A DNA stretch of 63,793 nt, counting the filler, from Kipferlia bialata (lineage: Eukaryota): assembly GCA_003568945.1 (NCBI GenBank). It is 7 parts of 7 records of this genome, joined end to end, with 100 filler letters (N's around TTAATTAATTAA, not from the genome) between each part and the next. Parts side by side here need not be neighbours in the genome. Positions count along the whole stretch, not along the records: positions 20,138 to 30,102 come from BDIP01001527.1; positions 30,203 to 40,154 come from BDIP01001528.1; 5 more parts are not named here. One strand, written 5' to 3'. Positions 24,844 through 36,800 of this stretch are shown here, piece by piece. The notes under the pieces were generated by a model. It did not search any database and had not been told where the DNA came from. It saw nothing but the letters and a program-made list of their open reading frames with translations. Numbering within the stretch: position 1 is the first letter of the stretch; each line of letters starts with the position of its first letter. The translations under genes and the position numbers were made by a program.

Positions 24844-24932
24844 CACAGGCGGTGCGGTTTTTTTTCCCCCCCCCCCCCCCCCCCCCCCCCCGTCCATCAT
24901 TGGTTACGTTTGGTTCTGCTGACTCACCCTAG

Positions 24933-27571
24933 GTCTCCGTCCTGACCACATCCAGTACCTCAAGAATGTGGTTGATGAGGAGGGCCTTGTCATCAGGCTG
25001 GCCGACCTCGACAGCCCCACCACTGCCCAGGGGTGCACACGGTGAGTGTTATCACATCCCCCCCTCTCTCTCTCTCTCTCTTCTCATGCACTCCTTACCC
25101 CCAGTGTGTTCCTGGACGGAGAGTGGCTTGGAGTGCTGCCCCCCAACATAGTACCCGACAACGTGGTCACCATTCTTCGCAACCTGAGGCGGAATGGCTT
25201 CAATATCATGGCCGCCGAGGTGGGTGACGATGAGAGGGAGAGCCTGGTCGTGGACGCTGAGGAGAACCCCTTCAGAGAGCTGTCCATCTCGTATGACCGT
25301 GGTCTGGACGAGATCCAGCTGACCACGGATGAGGGCAGGATGTCTAGACCCCTTCTGGTTGTCAAGCAGACACACGACCTCGAGCAGAACAAGACGGAGC
25401 TTGTGCCCACCCTCCAGAGGCAGCACCTCAACGAGATCAAGGTATAGTATGTACTGCCCTCAATGTGTATGTATGGAATATATGAAGTATGCTCAGTCTC
25501 TCACCCCAGGGATACGACTCTGCCGCCCTTGGGTGGAACCACCTGATGAACGAGCAGTGCATCGAGTACGTGGATGTGGAGGAGGAGGAGACGTGTCTGG
25601 TGGCCATGGACATCGGTGCCCTTAGACAGGCCCACTTCAAGGGCACCAGGAGGGTCAAGCCCGGTGAGATCAGGGACCCTGTTCCCCTGTACACCCACTG
25701 TGAGATCCACCCGTCCTCAGTACTTGGTGTGCTGGCATCCCTCGTGCCCTTCCCCGATCACAACCAGTCCCCCCGTAACACCTACCAGTGCGCTATGGGA
25801 AAGCAGGCCCTGGGTATCTACGCCCTGTCCTTCCACCTGCGCATGGACACCCACGCCCACCTCCTGCACTACCCCCAGTCCCCCATGGTCACCACTCACG
25901 CCATGAAGCACATCCACTTCACAGAGATGCCTGCAGGTACGCCCACTTACTATATTTATATATATTTATAATCATACCCACCCGTGACTCTCCCTCACCC
26001 CCCAGGACAGAATGTCATTGTGGGTATCTCCTGTTACTCTGGGTACAACCAGGAGGATTCAGTCATTATGAGCCAGGCCTCTGTCGACAGAGGTCTCTTC
26101 AGGACGGCATTCACAAGGTACCCCCACTCATTATTATAATGCTTCTAGTATACCAAGTATCCATTTTATGTACACCCCTGACCTCAGGTGTTACCGTGAT
26201 ACCGCCTCCAGGAAGCTCAACAACGCCGAGATCTTCAGGCGGCCTGGTGCAGACACCATTGGACGCCGCAACCCCGACCTGCACCTGTACGACACCCTGG
26301 AGGAGGACGGCCTACCCCGCATCGGAGCCATGATTGGAGACAGGAAGCCCCTGATTGGCAAGCTGATCCCCACCGCAGTGCAGACAGCCGACAGCCAGTA
26401 CCAGGACGACTCCACCTTTGTGAGGCCTGGCGAGGTAGGGGTTGTACCACATATGATATATATGATATATACACTATATTCTTCTGTATGCTCCGTGTGA
26501 ATACCCACCCCCAGGCTGGCTTTGTCGACAGGGTTGTGCTTGCCCAGGATGGAGATGGAAACATGGTTGCCAGGGTCAGGATCAGGATCCTCAGGGTGCC
26601 TCAAGTGGGAGACAAGTTCTCTAGCCGTCACGGACAGAAGGTATTGTCTCTTAGTAGCATGTATATACCCTTGTGGTCACATGCTTCCTTCCTCACCCCC
26701 AGGGTACCTGTGGACTGCTGTTCACTGCCGCTGACATGCCCTATGCCCTGAATGGCATCATGCCAGACATGGTCATCAACCCACATGCCCTGCCCTCCCG
26801 TATGACCATTGCCCAGCTCATGGAGTGTCTCGCAGGTTTGTTATATATATATACATGTATATTTGCAGTGTGCCCAATCAATCTCTTACCTCTAGGCAAG
26901 GTCGGTGCCCTTGCTGCCGAGCCCATGGACGCCACCCCCTTCTCCTCCACAGCCATGACAGTGCAGACCATATCATCCAGGCTGCACAAGCTCGGGTACC
27001 AGCGCAACGGTAACGAGTGCCTCATCAACGGCCAGACGGGCATCCCCCTGCAGGCCAAGGTGTTCATGGGCCCCACCTTCTACCAGAGGCTCAAGCACAT
27101 GGTGCTGGACAAGGTGCACTCCAGGTCGACTGGGCCTGTGCAGGCACTCACCAGGCAGCCCGTCGAGGGTCGCATCAAGAGTGGTGGTATGCGTATGGGA
27201 GAGATGGAGAAGGATTGTATGGTTGCCCACGGTGCCACCTCTGTGCTCAGAGACAGGCTCCTCTTCCACTCTGACGCTACTACCATGCGGTGAGTAATAT
27301 ACTCTCTCTCTACACATATTACACTCATCTCATTATCCTTCATCCGCTTCCTCTTCTGACTGTCAGTGTGTGCCAGCAGTGTGGAATGCCAGGGTACCAG
27401 CCCAACCTGCACTCTGAGAGGCCCGAGTGCAGGCACTGTGGATCAGCTGTGCTTGTGGCCATCACCATCCCCTATGCCGCCAAGCTCCTCATGCAGGAGC
27501 TGATGGGTATGGGCATTGCCCCTAGGATCATGACCCAGGAGCCAGGGTGCGGGGGGGTCCTGCTGCAGTAG
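24933..27571 (+). CDS. RPB2: RNA polymerase II second-largest subunit, C-terminal half (about 9 exons)
   Basis: [93 protein letters not shown]4 zinc motif, [18 protein letters not shown] and PFPDHNQ favour Pol II over Pol III. Confidence 0.95.
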
Positions 27572-27846
27572 ACGCCTGATAGTATCATTGATACACATAG
27601 TCATGTGTAGTGGCTTGGAGTGCCATTGTTAAATTACTCTTTGACGTGGTGTGGTCTGTCGTAATAGAGCACATACACCAACCTGAGTCCTTGGCTTATG
27701 CAAATGCAGTTTACTTGATTCTGCCTCACACACCTGTAGTTGTACACTCATACTCTCCCTGTCTAACTTGAATCTATTGACGCGGCCCAGGGATCATCTG
27801 TCCAGCGTATCTACACCATGTACATCTTCTGGTATCACACCCCTTC

Positions 27847-30102
27847 TCACTCTGTCCTGTGTTCCTCGGGTCTGGTCTCCTCGGGTAGCACCACCGGCCC
27901 TGTCCCATATCCCATGCCAGGGAGGGCAGAGCCCCTCAGGGACTGCAGCCAGTCGGCATGTCTGGCAAGTACCCCAGACACCGCCTCCCTCCTCCTAAGG
28001 AGTCCCTGCACATCGATGGCACTGCCCCTCTCATCCCTGGCAGGGGCAGGGGCGGCAGACCGACCCATCATGCTGCTGTCCATGACATACACCACCTGGG
28101 GGCCTCCCATACCGCTCATGCCATAGGGCATCATGCCTGGGGGGTAGGGCATCGGGTACTGCATCTGGGGGGGCTGCGTGTCCATGCCGTGCATCCCACT
28201 CTCCCTCTCCCTCTCTCTGCGGTGGGTGTGTCTGTGGGTGTCTCTCTCCCTCCTCTCCCTCCTCTCATCCCTGTCCCTAGTGGGGGATGAGGACAGAACA
28301 CTGCTGCTGGATACGGGGGGGGACTCCACATACCGTCTCCTCCTGCTGTGGTGGGCACGTCTCTGCCTCACACTCGGCTGGGGGGTGGCAGATACATCAC
28401 TGTCTGCCTGGGAGGAGGGGGTGCCCTCAGATACGGGTGTGTCAGGGGGGGCATGACGGCGGGACTTGCGGCGGGACTCTCTCTCCTTCTCCTTCTTGCT
28501 GCCTCTAGACCTCTCTCTCTCTCTCTCTCTCTTCTGCTCCCTGGGTGCCTCCTCGGCCTCCTCTGCACTGTCTCCCTCTGTCTCCTGCGTCATGCCCCAG
28601 ATGGCACCCACCTGAGGGTCAGTGTCAGTATGAGTATATCAACTACAGCTAGTATCAGTATACAGTATATACAGTACCTCGGGGTCTGCGGGTGGTGACA
28701 CTGGCCTGCTCCCCAGGGGTGTGCCCACAGAGGACTCGGGGGTCAGGGGGGCAAAGGTCATGAGGGAGGGCGAGTCAGCCCCACCCACAACCACACTGCC
28801 CAGAGCGTGGAGAAGGTCTCTCTCCCTCTCTCTCTCTGACCTGGATGGCACCCTGTGGCTGTCCACAGTGAAGGAGGACACGCTCATGGGGGTGACATCA
28901 GGCAGCAGGGACACGGCCTCCCTCTCCCTCTCCTGCTCCTCCAGGGCCTTGCTCACAGCAGAGTCCAGGGCCTGCTCACGTCTCTCAAGCCACCTAGAGC
29001 TCTTCCTAACAGTCAGCCATATAAGAGAATAGAGTGATGGGGCCCAAACATATACTACTTCATAGAGTATATATAACACTCACTTGTGGCTCTCTACGGC
29101 TGCGTTGACGTCCTTGGCATCGCCCTCCAGCTGGGACCTGACCTGACAGTGAGACACGCAAAATTATACCATGTTTATATATATCATATATATCCACTAC
29201 GCCTACCTCTCTGAGAGACTTGAGCTGGTGGTCAGCCTCTGCCCTCTCGGCAGGGGTGCCGTTGCGCTTGGCGTCCTTGGTAGAGGCCATCTCAGCCCTG
29301 ATGTCAAAGAGAGTCAAATGACACAACACTAGACAGACATGATAGACTATAATACTCTCCCCATACCTGAAGTGTGTTCTGGCCGCCCTCAGCGCCTCGC
29401 TCCTCAGCTCCAGCCTGTGCTTCTTAGACACTAACAGGGACCGGGCTGCCCTCAGGCGCTGCCTCTCCCTCTGGATCTGGGCACGGACAGCAGGCGAGAA
29501 GGCATCAACATCTAGGCTGCTCCTACGAGCACTCCTGGGCCTCTCCCTCTCCCTGTGGTTTGTCTGGACGTGGGACTCCTCCTCCTCCTCCTCCTCCTCG
29601 TCTGATAGGTCCCTATGCACATGGGAGTGCAGGGCCAGGGCTGGTCTGCCAACACTGGAGGCCAGGGGGTGGGTGCGGGAGTCCTCGACCTCCGCCTCCC
29701 TTTCCCTCTGGCGCTGCGTGCCGGAGGGGCTGGCCTTGCGAGACCCGCCCTGCCTGGGCTTGGGAATGGTGCTCTCGGCAGCAGACTTAGACAGCATGCG
29801 CTGGCGCTCAAGGTCCTGCCTCAACTCCTGGAGGTGAGGGGCTAGAGATCGGAAGATATAGTAAGACACTCAAATAGATACTCACCTCCATCTCCGCGGC
29901 GTGCTCCCTCTGTATCTCTGCCCTGGTGTCGTCCAGGGCGGTCTGCAGCTCCTTCTTGAGACGACCAAGGTCCTCCTAGAGATAAGTACTTGCGACTCAA
30001 CAAACAGCAGGAAGGACAACACAAGATACATCCCCACCCACCTCGTTCTGCCTCTGCACCCTAGCGACCTCTGCCTCGTGCTCTGCACTCAGCCTGGCCT
30101 TG
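27847..30102 (-). CDS. CEP164: CEP164-like centriolar distal-appendage coiled-coil protein, C-terminal part (5' truncated)
   Basis: Spliced segment IQRERQRLRAARSLLVSKKHRLELRSEALRAARTHFRAEMAS..LREVRSQLEGDAKDVN..SSRWLERREQAL parallels the recalled CEP164 segment LRSAKEFL..RQTALKAAQQHWRHELAS..LEDMRKNLE. Terminal LARHADWLQSL. Confidence 0.6.
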
Positions 30103-30202
30103 NNNNNNNNNNNNNNNNNNNNNNNNNNNNNNNNNNNNNNNNNNNNTTAATTAATTAANNNNNNNNNNNNNNNNNNNNNNNNNNNNNNNNNNNNNNNNNN
30201 NN
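30103..30202. other. Artificial scaffold-joining spacer
   Basis: N block with TTAATTAATTAA. Confidence 0.97.
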
Positions 30203-30833
30203 GCGTGTGTGGTCTACCTCCCCACTATGGGTCAGAAGAGGGTGGACGAGTTCTGTGAGTGCTTGAAGGAGTTCCTGTTCACTGCCACCCCCCTTTGCTC
30301 CCTCAAGAACCCCAGCTCTCTCAAGAGGGTACTCTCCGGCACCAACAAGCACTTTGTGGTCTGTACTCAGGAGGTGCTAAGTGCTAGGCCTGGCTCCAAG
30401 GACCACAAGCTCCATGCATGCCTGTGGAGAGAGCTGGCCAAGGCTGGGGTCGCAGCTAGGGTGTATATGGTCAAGGACGAGGTAAGAGGAGCAGTGATCC
30501 GCTCGTTTACACTCGGTTACTGGCACTATTAGTGGTCTGTTAAGCTACAGACTCATACAGTCTCATATATAGTATTTCCTGGCTACACTATCGGTACTTA
30601 CTCCAGATCCTACCCGAGACTCAGCTGGATACGTACACTCGGCTCGAGGCTCTCGTAAAGACCCAGTACCTTGCGAAGCTGTCATCAGAGGCCCAGGAGA
30701 GCATCATCACTGGTGGGTGACAGCTGGAGCACGATTGGGCTCTACCTGTACCATTTGCCTCCCCCTCCCCCCGCTCACCCCAGATCCCCTAGTCACCCTT
30801 CTGCCCCTGGATGCCTACATTGAGGAGGTGTAG
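30203..30833 (+). CDS. Hypothetical protein, 3' part (3 exons)
   Basis: ..RVYMVKDE|ILPETQLD..ESIIT|DPLVTLLPLDAYIEEV* through GT-AG introns; TAG at 30831-30833. Confidence 0.65.
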
Positions 30834-31108
30834 GGGTCTACTGGTACAGGCAGTGTTTCCTGTCATCTCTCATGGTCTGTCTCATGGTTAGACATGAATA
30901 TATACCCATCGTGGTAGAGCTGTGAGGTCCATAGGAGAGGTCCCCTTTCTATTTTGCATTTATGAATATATGTGTCAGCTATGTAGTGACATACATTAAA
31001 CATTGTAGAAATTCTCGGTGATAGCAAGGCTCCTACTATTCCCCGTATAGTAGACAGGAGAGAGATATGCCTCCCTCCCAAACAACCGAGGTCACATTTC
31101 CCAACACA

Positions 31109-33700
31109 CTAGACCACATCAACATCAACATCAACATCGCAGCCTCTTGTGCAGGGCTGTCTCTGACTGTATGCTGTTCTCTTGGGTCCCTTTGGTGTCA
31201 GCTTGGCTATCACCCACTCGGGACTACCCACCCTACCCTTGGTCTCCCACCATCCTAGGATGGGGTAGTACAGTGCACACAGCACTACACCCAGGACGGC
31301 ACCCTGGACAGGGCTCAGGGCATTCATGTAGTAGTAGTTGGCACTGTTGTGGAGCACCAGCCCAGCCACGTATTGGGGCCAGAAGATGAGGAAGAGAGAG
31401 CTGGAGTACACAGTGAGGCCCCAGCTGGGTGTCAGAATGGAGGATCTCCTAGGTGCGAGAGATTATGGCTGACTCTGTACTATCAGTGTCTGCGAGGCTC
31501 CAAGCTCACCTGCTTATTCGTCTGCAGTACAGAACAAACCAGTTTTGGACACAGCCTAGGTGTGAGAGTGTACAGAGAGAGCGATATGGAGTTCAATTGC
31601 AAGGCAGTCTGCCTCAGAGAGTTGAGAGTTGAGAGTATCCTATACCTATGTCGAAGAGCCTGCGGCACCAGTACATGAGACCGGCAGTTATGCCTGCTTG
31701 GAGCAGTATCATACTGAGGGTATTGGGATAGAAACAGTAGGCTCCCAGTACAGAGGTGTATGTGTCCCCAAACCACCCTGTGGCTGCAAGACTAGACCCC
31801 ACCACACTGAGGACCAGACATATGGGAGAGACTATCCCTGTCAGTCGGTCGAGACAGCCAATGTCAACTCCCACCTGGGTATCAGGGACAGACACCTTCT
31901 TTAGGTGACGGCTTGATACTGATACTCATCACACACCCCATAGCGATACCGTTAATGTCCCCTACCATGTTTGTCTGGCCATATGCATACCCTATCAGGG
32001 GCATGGACAGGTATGGGAAGACTGGGAACTCCCCACTGCCGAGGAATGCAAGTAGTACAGACCTGACTGCTAGTATCTAGGAAGACATATGTACTATGGA
32101 GGTGAATGTGAACGGCAGGATCTAGAGAAACATAGGTTAATTGATGGGTAGTGACTTATGGCCACAACTTGGCAATGATATATTGAACTGACCTGGGAGT
32201 ACGCGTCAACTCAATATCGTGGTCAGTTGTGCGCCAGAACCCAGGGTATATCGATGCGACTAGGGAGTGAGGGTGGAAGACATGTGATACTGCGATAGAG
32301 AGTTATGGAAACAGAAGTGTATTCCACCGATGATGCAGTGGGCAGCTCGGTAACGTACTTGGCTCCAGATCGATTGCAGCTCCCCAGTAAGCCTGGTGGT
32401 CAGATAGAAGATAGGTGAACATAGAGGATGTGAGACTGATGAGAGAGAGAGGGGGGTATGCCCTGACCTCAAAGTCTGTAAATCTTCTCACAAAGGGAGC
32501 TGCAGCAATTATCAGGACACCAAGGGCAAAGATATAGAGAGGTCGGATATGCCTGGGTGAGAGAGGTCACATTAGCAACTGAACAGGTGAATATGACAAC
32601 TATATACTAAATATCGGCCAGCAATAGAGCAACAATATACAGTATACATCATGAGGAAGTGCATTCGACAGTGGACTAGAGGTGAGAGAGAGGCACCCAC
32701 AATACCTAGCCCATGGGCAATACATATGTATATCAGTAGATCTGTATATATACATATATATCAACATGCATCCATACCTGACACAGCACAGCACCAGCAT
32801 CGAGAACCCGGTCAGAGTGAGGATGTCTATGACAAAGGCCTATGGTGAGGGGTGTCCCTGACACGCTGCCTGGTATATATATACACTACTGTACACTGTA
32901 ATACCACACCCACCTTGCCAATGTGGTTGGGACCAGAGAGGGTGTAGACCACCTCACCAATCAGCATCACAAGGAGGCCTGGGTGAGAGATACACTGAGG
33001 TACGGGGGTTTAGTTACAGAGAGAGAAGAAGAGAACCGAGGAGGGGGGGGAGAGAGAGAGAGAGAGAGAGAGAGAAACTAGCGAGAGGATATGTAAGTCA
33101 GAGTAGTGGTGCTAGTAGGATGATGGAAAGAGACTATTCGTTGGGCCCTATTGCAGTGGAATAATGTGAGGGATAAGGAGTTTAATTTAACACAGAGGTG
33201 TCAAGTCATTGATATACAAAAGACCTCACAATGACACTATGAAGATGACTCAATCAACTCACCTCGCTTGATCATCCTCCTCCCAGGCCCGTCCAGTATA
33301 TCCTCAGAGGATGACTGCTTGGAGAGGGATATGGCCTGACTCACCCCTGGGGTAAGATATACAAGAGGTGTGGAGAGAACTGATTCTGATACTGACTCTG
33401 ATACGGATATGTTATGTCAAACCATATCTAACCTGCCAGAAAGAGGAATACTGCCGCAGGCCAGTCCCCCAGGATGTCGTTGGTGGTGAAGTAGGCCCAC
33501 TCTGTGAACAGGGACCCCTCTGGGTCACTTGTGAAGATGCTGCAGTGGCACACCACCATGCATATGAGGGATATGCCCCTCATCACATCCACGGAGTCCA
33601 GGCGCTGACCAGCCCCACCCGCCACCCCTCGCACCTCTATGACACCTGCTTCAGAGGAGAGGAGACGCACGGTCTGCTTCTCCCTCATGCTAACGGGCAT
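31109..33700 (-). CDS. Multi-pass membrane acyltransferase-like protein (DUF1624/HGSNAT-catalytic-like N-terminus, DUF418-like C-terminus)
   Basis: QRLDSVDVMRGISLICMVVCH..PAAVFLFLAG|VS..RRMIKRGLL at the N-terminus; SLSLYTL and W..KG..GSPEWVIAKL at the C-terminus; many hydrophobic exons. Confidence 0.75.
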
Positions 33701-33859
33701 TCGCAACCCCAATACGTATCTGTTGTCAAGAGAGACCGTCCTCAATCAATAGCACGTTTCAAACGGAGGATCGTTTCACTGACGGATTAATTACATTTGG
33801 AGTCAAGGTCATTCGGGAATCTATGATACAACTGGGACTAATACTACACACACACCACT

Positions 33860-36800
33860 CTACATGCACACACAGCTCTCGTCCTCCACGGCCAGATACT
33901 CAAGAATCCTAGTGCCTCGCTTCGTGATGTCTTTATCAGTGACGTGCTTCTGCAGAGCCTTCAGGACGACATCCGAACAATTCAGTTCATTCAGTGCTCT
34001 TCTGTGCTTCACTGGGTGTCAATATGACTGTAGATACTGTAAATGTGTAGATATACTGATCCAGGTAGTAAGATTGAGACCTTGATGATAATTGAGTGTC
34101 CCCTACCTGCTTCGGGCGAGGTGTCCTCCCTGCCCTGGAGTGTCTCATAGAGTGCCTGTATACAGTACTGACAGGCTGAGACGCAGTCGAGGTGGTTGTC
34201 GATACCAGCCACCAGCAACTCTAGTATCTGGGTATCTGTTCTGCCTGCAGTCAGTGACACATGCCTGAGGCAAGAGTTCAGGTATACATGTATGAGTGTA
34301 TAGACCCTTCACACCTGCACTCTGCACTCTGGTGGCCAAGTTACAGATGAGCTTGGCCCCCAGTGTGGTCACTCTGGCTGACAGGGCATGGACACGCATA
34401 GCGGTCAAGACATGGCTTAACCCACCAGACTCCACCAGGCGGTTACTGCCATTGACTGTGGTTAGGGAATCTTTGCTCAATACGCACCAGGCCATTAGAG
34501 GCGCTGTATGTATGTACACGTCAGTTAAGTTGTGCTGGTGGGATATGTATAGTACCCTCGACGCATGCTATGCAGTTAAGGGCACCAAGAATGGCATGAC
34601 AGGTCTCCAGGTTGTCACAGTGTCGCTTCAGCCCATCCTCTAGCTCATAGACACGTGGGTGATGGTACAAAGACACCATCAGTCTGTGCTCTGGTTGTAA
34701 GAGACTGGCCCAACGCACAAATGACAATATACATGTCTACCCACACCGACATACTATACATATGTGGGTGTCTCACCTTGGCATGACACGTTGCATAGGA
34801 AGCCTGCTGCCTGTCGAACAAGGTCTGCGCTCTCATAGTGAGCATCAATGGTTCTGAATGCAAGGTCCAGCCAAGTGGGGACCTGATTGATGATTCTCGC
34901 TGCTGTTTTGGCTTGTTGTGAGAAATGTGTTCCTGTGTGGGAGAGATACAATATAGCAAGGGATACTCTCACAAGACACCATGTTAGCACTACTACTCTA
35001 CCTGGGTATGCCAGTAACCTCAGTGTCTCTAGAATTGCCTGGGTAACAGACGCATCCAACAGGAAGAGGGGGAGACTGCTGGTCAAGACTGGTAGAATAG
35101 CACCCTTGCCTATCTGGAGGCTTCTGTCGATAGCAACACTTCCACCGGGCTCTATCTGCATAGCACGGCACAGGTACTTCGTGGCAGCTAGGATCACAGC
35201 GCTAGACTCTCTGTGTAGGCTCATGGTTCGCACCACCTCGTAGTGACACTTGTGTTTGTGCAGAGCCGCTCTGTTTGTGTCTGTGATTAGACTGATTAGA
35301 CTGTGGTTTAGAGACACTATCGTGTGTACAACAGTGTGGGGGTACCTGAACCAGAGAGGCAAGTGAGGGCATTCAGGACGTGACAAGCCAGGTCGGTGTT
35401 CTCTGACTTCTTGTCACAATGCTTCTTCAGCATAGCCTGAAGCTTAGACCCGGCACCTGCCTCTAACAAGGCCTCTTGAGTGTCAGCACCTGTGTCAGTG
35501 CTAGAGTCCAAATAACCAAGAGATTGGTTAGAGTATCAAACAATCATTATAGTCCACAGTGTATTGGGCAGGACTACCTAGGAGGGCAATGAAATGCAGA
35601 GTCCCGGCAGCCTGTACTACCATATCCTCCGAGTCTGAGTGGAGAGTCAGGGCACTGAGTATCTGCACGTGGCTGTTGGCGGAATAGAGCAGCTCAGGGT
35701 GACACTCTGAGGTGAGACCAAGAGAACACACTTTAACAACCCCCTATGGGACAAATACCATTGAGTTACCTGCAATGTTACGAAGGACAGCCAACAGATC
35801 TGCTGAGGCCAGGCGGTTGTCCTTGCATATTGTATCGAGTCCCTTCAGTAGAAGGGGTAGGATCCCTGCTGACACCAGGCGCCTGTAACTGACAGGACTG
35901 GCTGCTGCTGATGTGGGTTGAAAACGAGATCACAAGTTGATTGCTAAGATTGATACTCCTTAATATATATACACGTGTAGCATTTGTAAACGTGTACCAT
36001 TTACCTGAGCCTGTCATGCGTCTCAGTATAGAGGCAACAGCAGTGTACACATTCAGAGTAGGGTACTCTTGCATGACCCCGACGAGGGCAACGTGACAGT
36101 TAAGGGCATGCATCTCAGGGAGGTTAGCATCTAGTGTAAGATAAATGCATGGTTGCCTCTAGAAGTATTAATCTAGATGATATGGTGACTGACTGGAGCA
36201 AGATATGTTACCTAGCAAACACCCGATCTATAATCTGTCATAGTGATGCATTCCACCCCATTTACCTGCTTGTGTCAGTTCTGCCATACACTTCAGTACA
36301 CGGTCTCGAGAACGCTCGTGGTCTGCCTTCAACTGTAGCCCCCACAGAAGGGAGGAGAGAGCACCAGCATCGACAATACCCTCCTGTCTTGCTACATCTG
36401 AAGTGTTAGAGAATAAAGTGTCACACAAACTGATAAAGTCAAGCCGAGAGTAACAACCACCCTATGAGTGCAATGAGGCAACAATAGACACGTACCTCCT
36501 CTAGCCAGTCGCCATAGGGTGTAGCCACCGTTGGACACTACCCCTCGCATCTGAGGGTGCAACTGCATAGCGTTGACCACATGCAGGTGTGCCTTCAAGT
36601 CATACATCTGGGGGATGCACGACTCTTAGGTCAGTCGGTCAAGGGAAGAGGAGAAACCATCAACGCATTGGCCAATAATGCTAAACAAGGACGTAGAATG
36701 AGAATATATATATCTGTTTTCACGTACTAGTGTTGCTCAGCATCATTAGCACCCCTAGAATGGCAGTGCAAACTTCGCAGTCAGTGCCATACACCGAAAG

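Noticed and set aside
11166..27571. Hexamitid-type genetic code (TAA/TAG read as Gln)
   Set aside because: Proteasome beta5 and RPB2 end in TAG near their expected C-termini, and conserved exons have no in-frame TAA/TAG.
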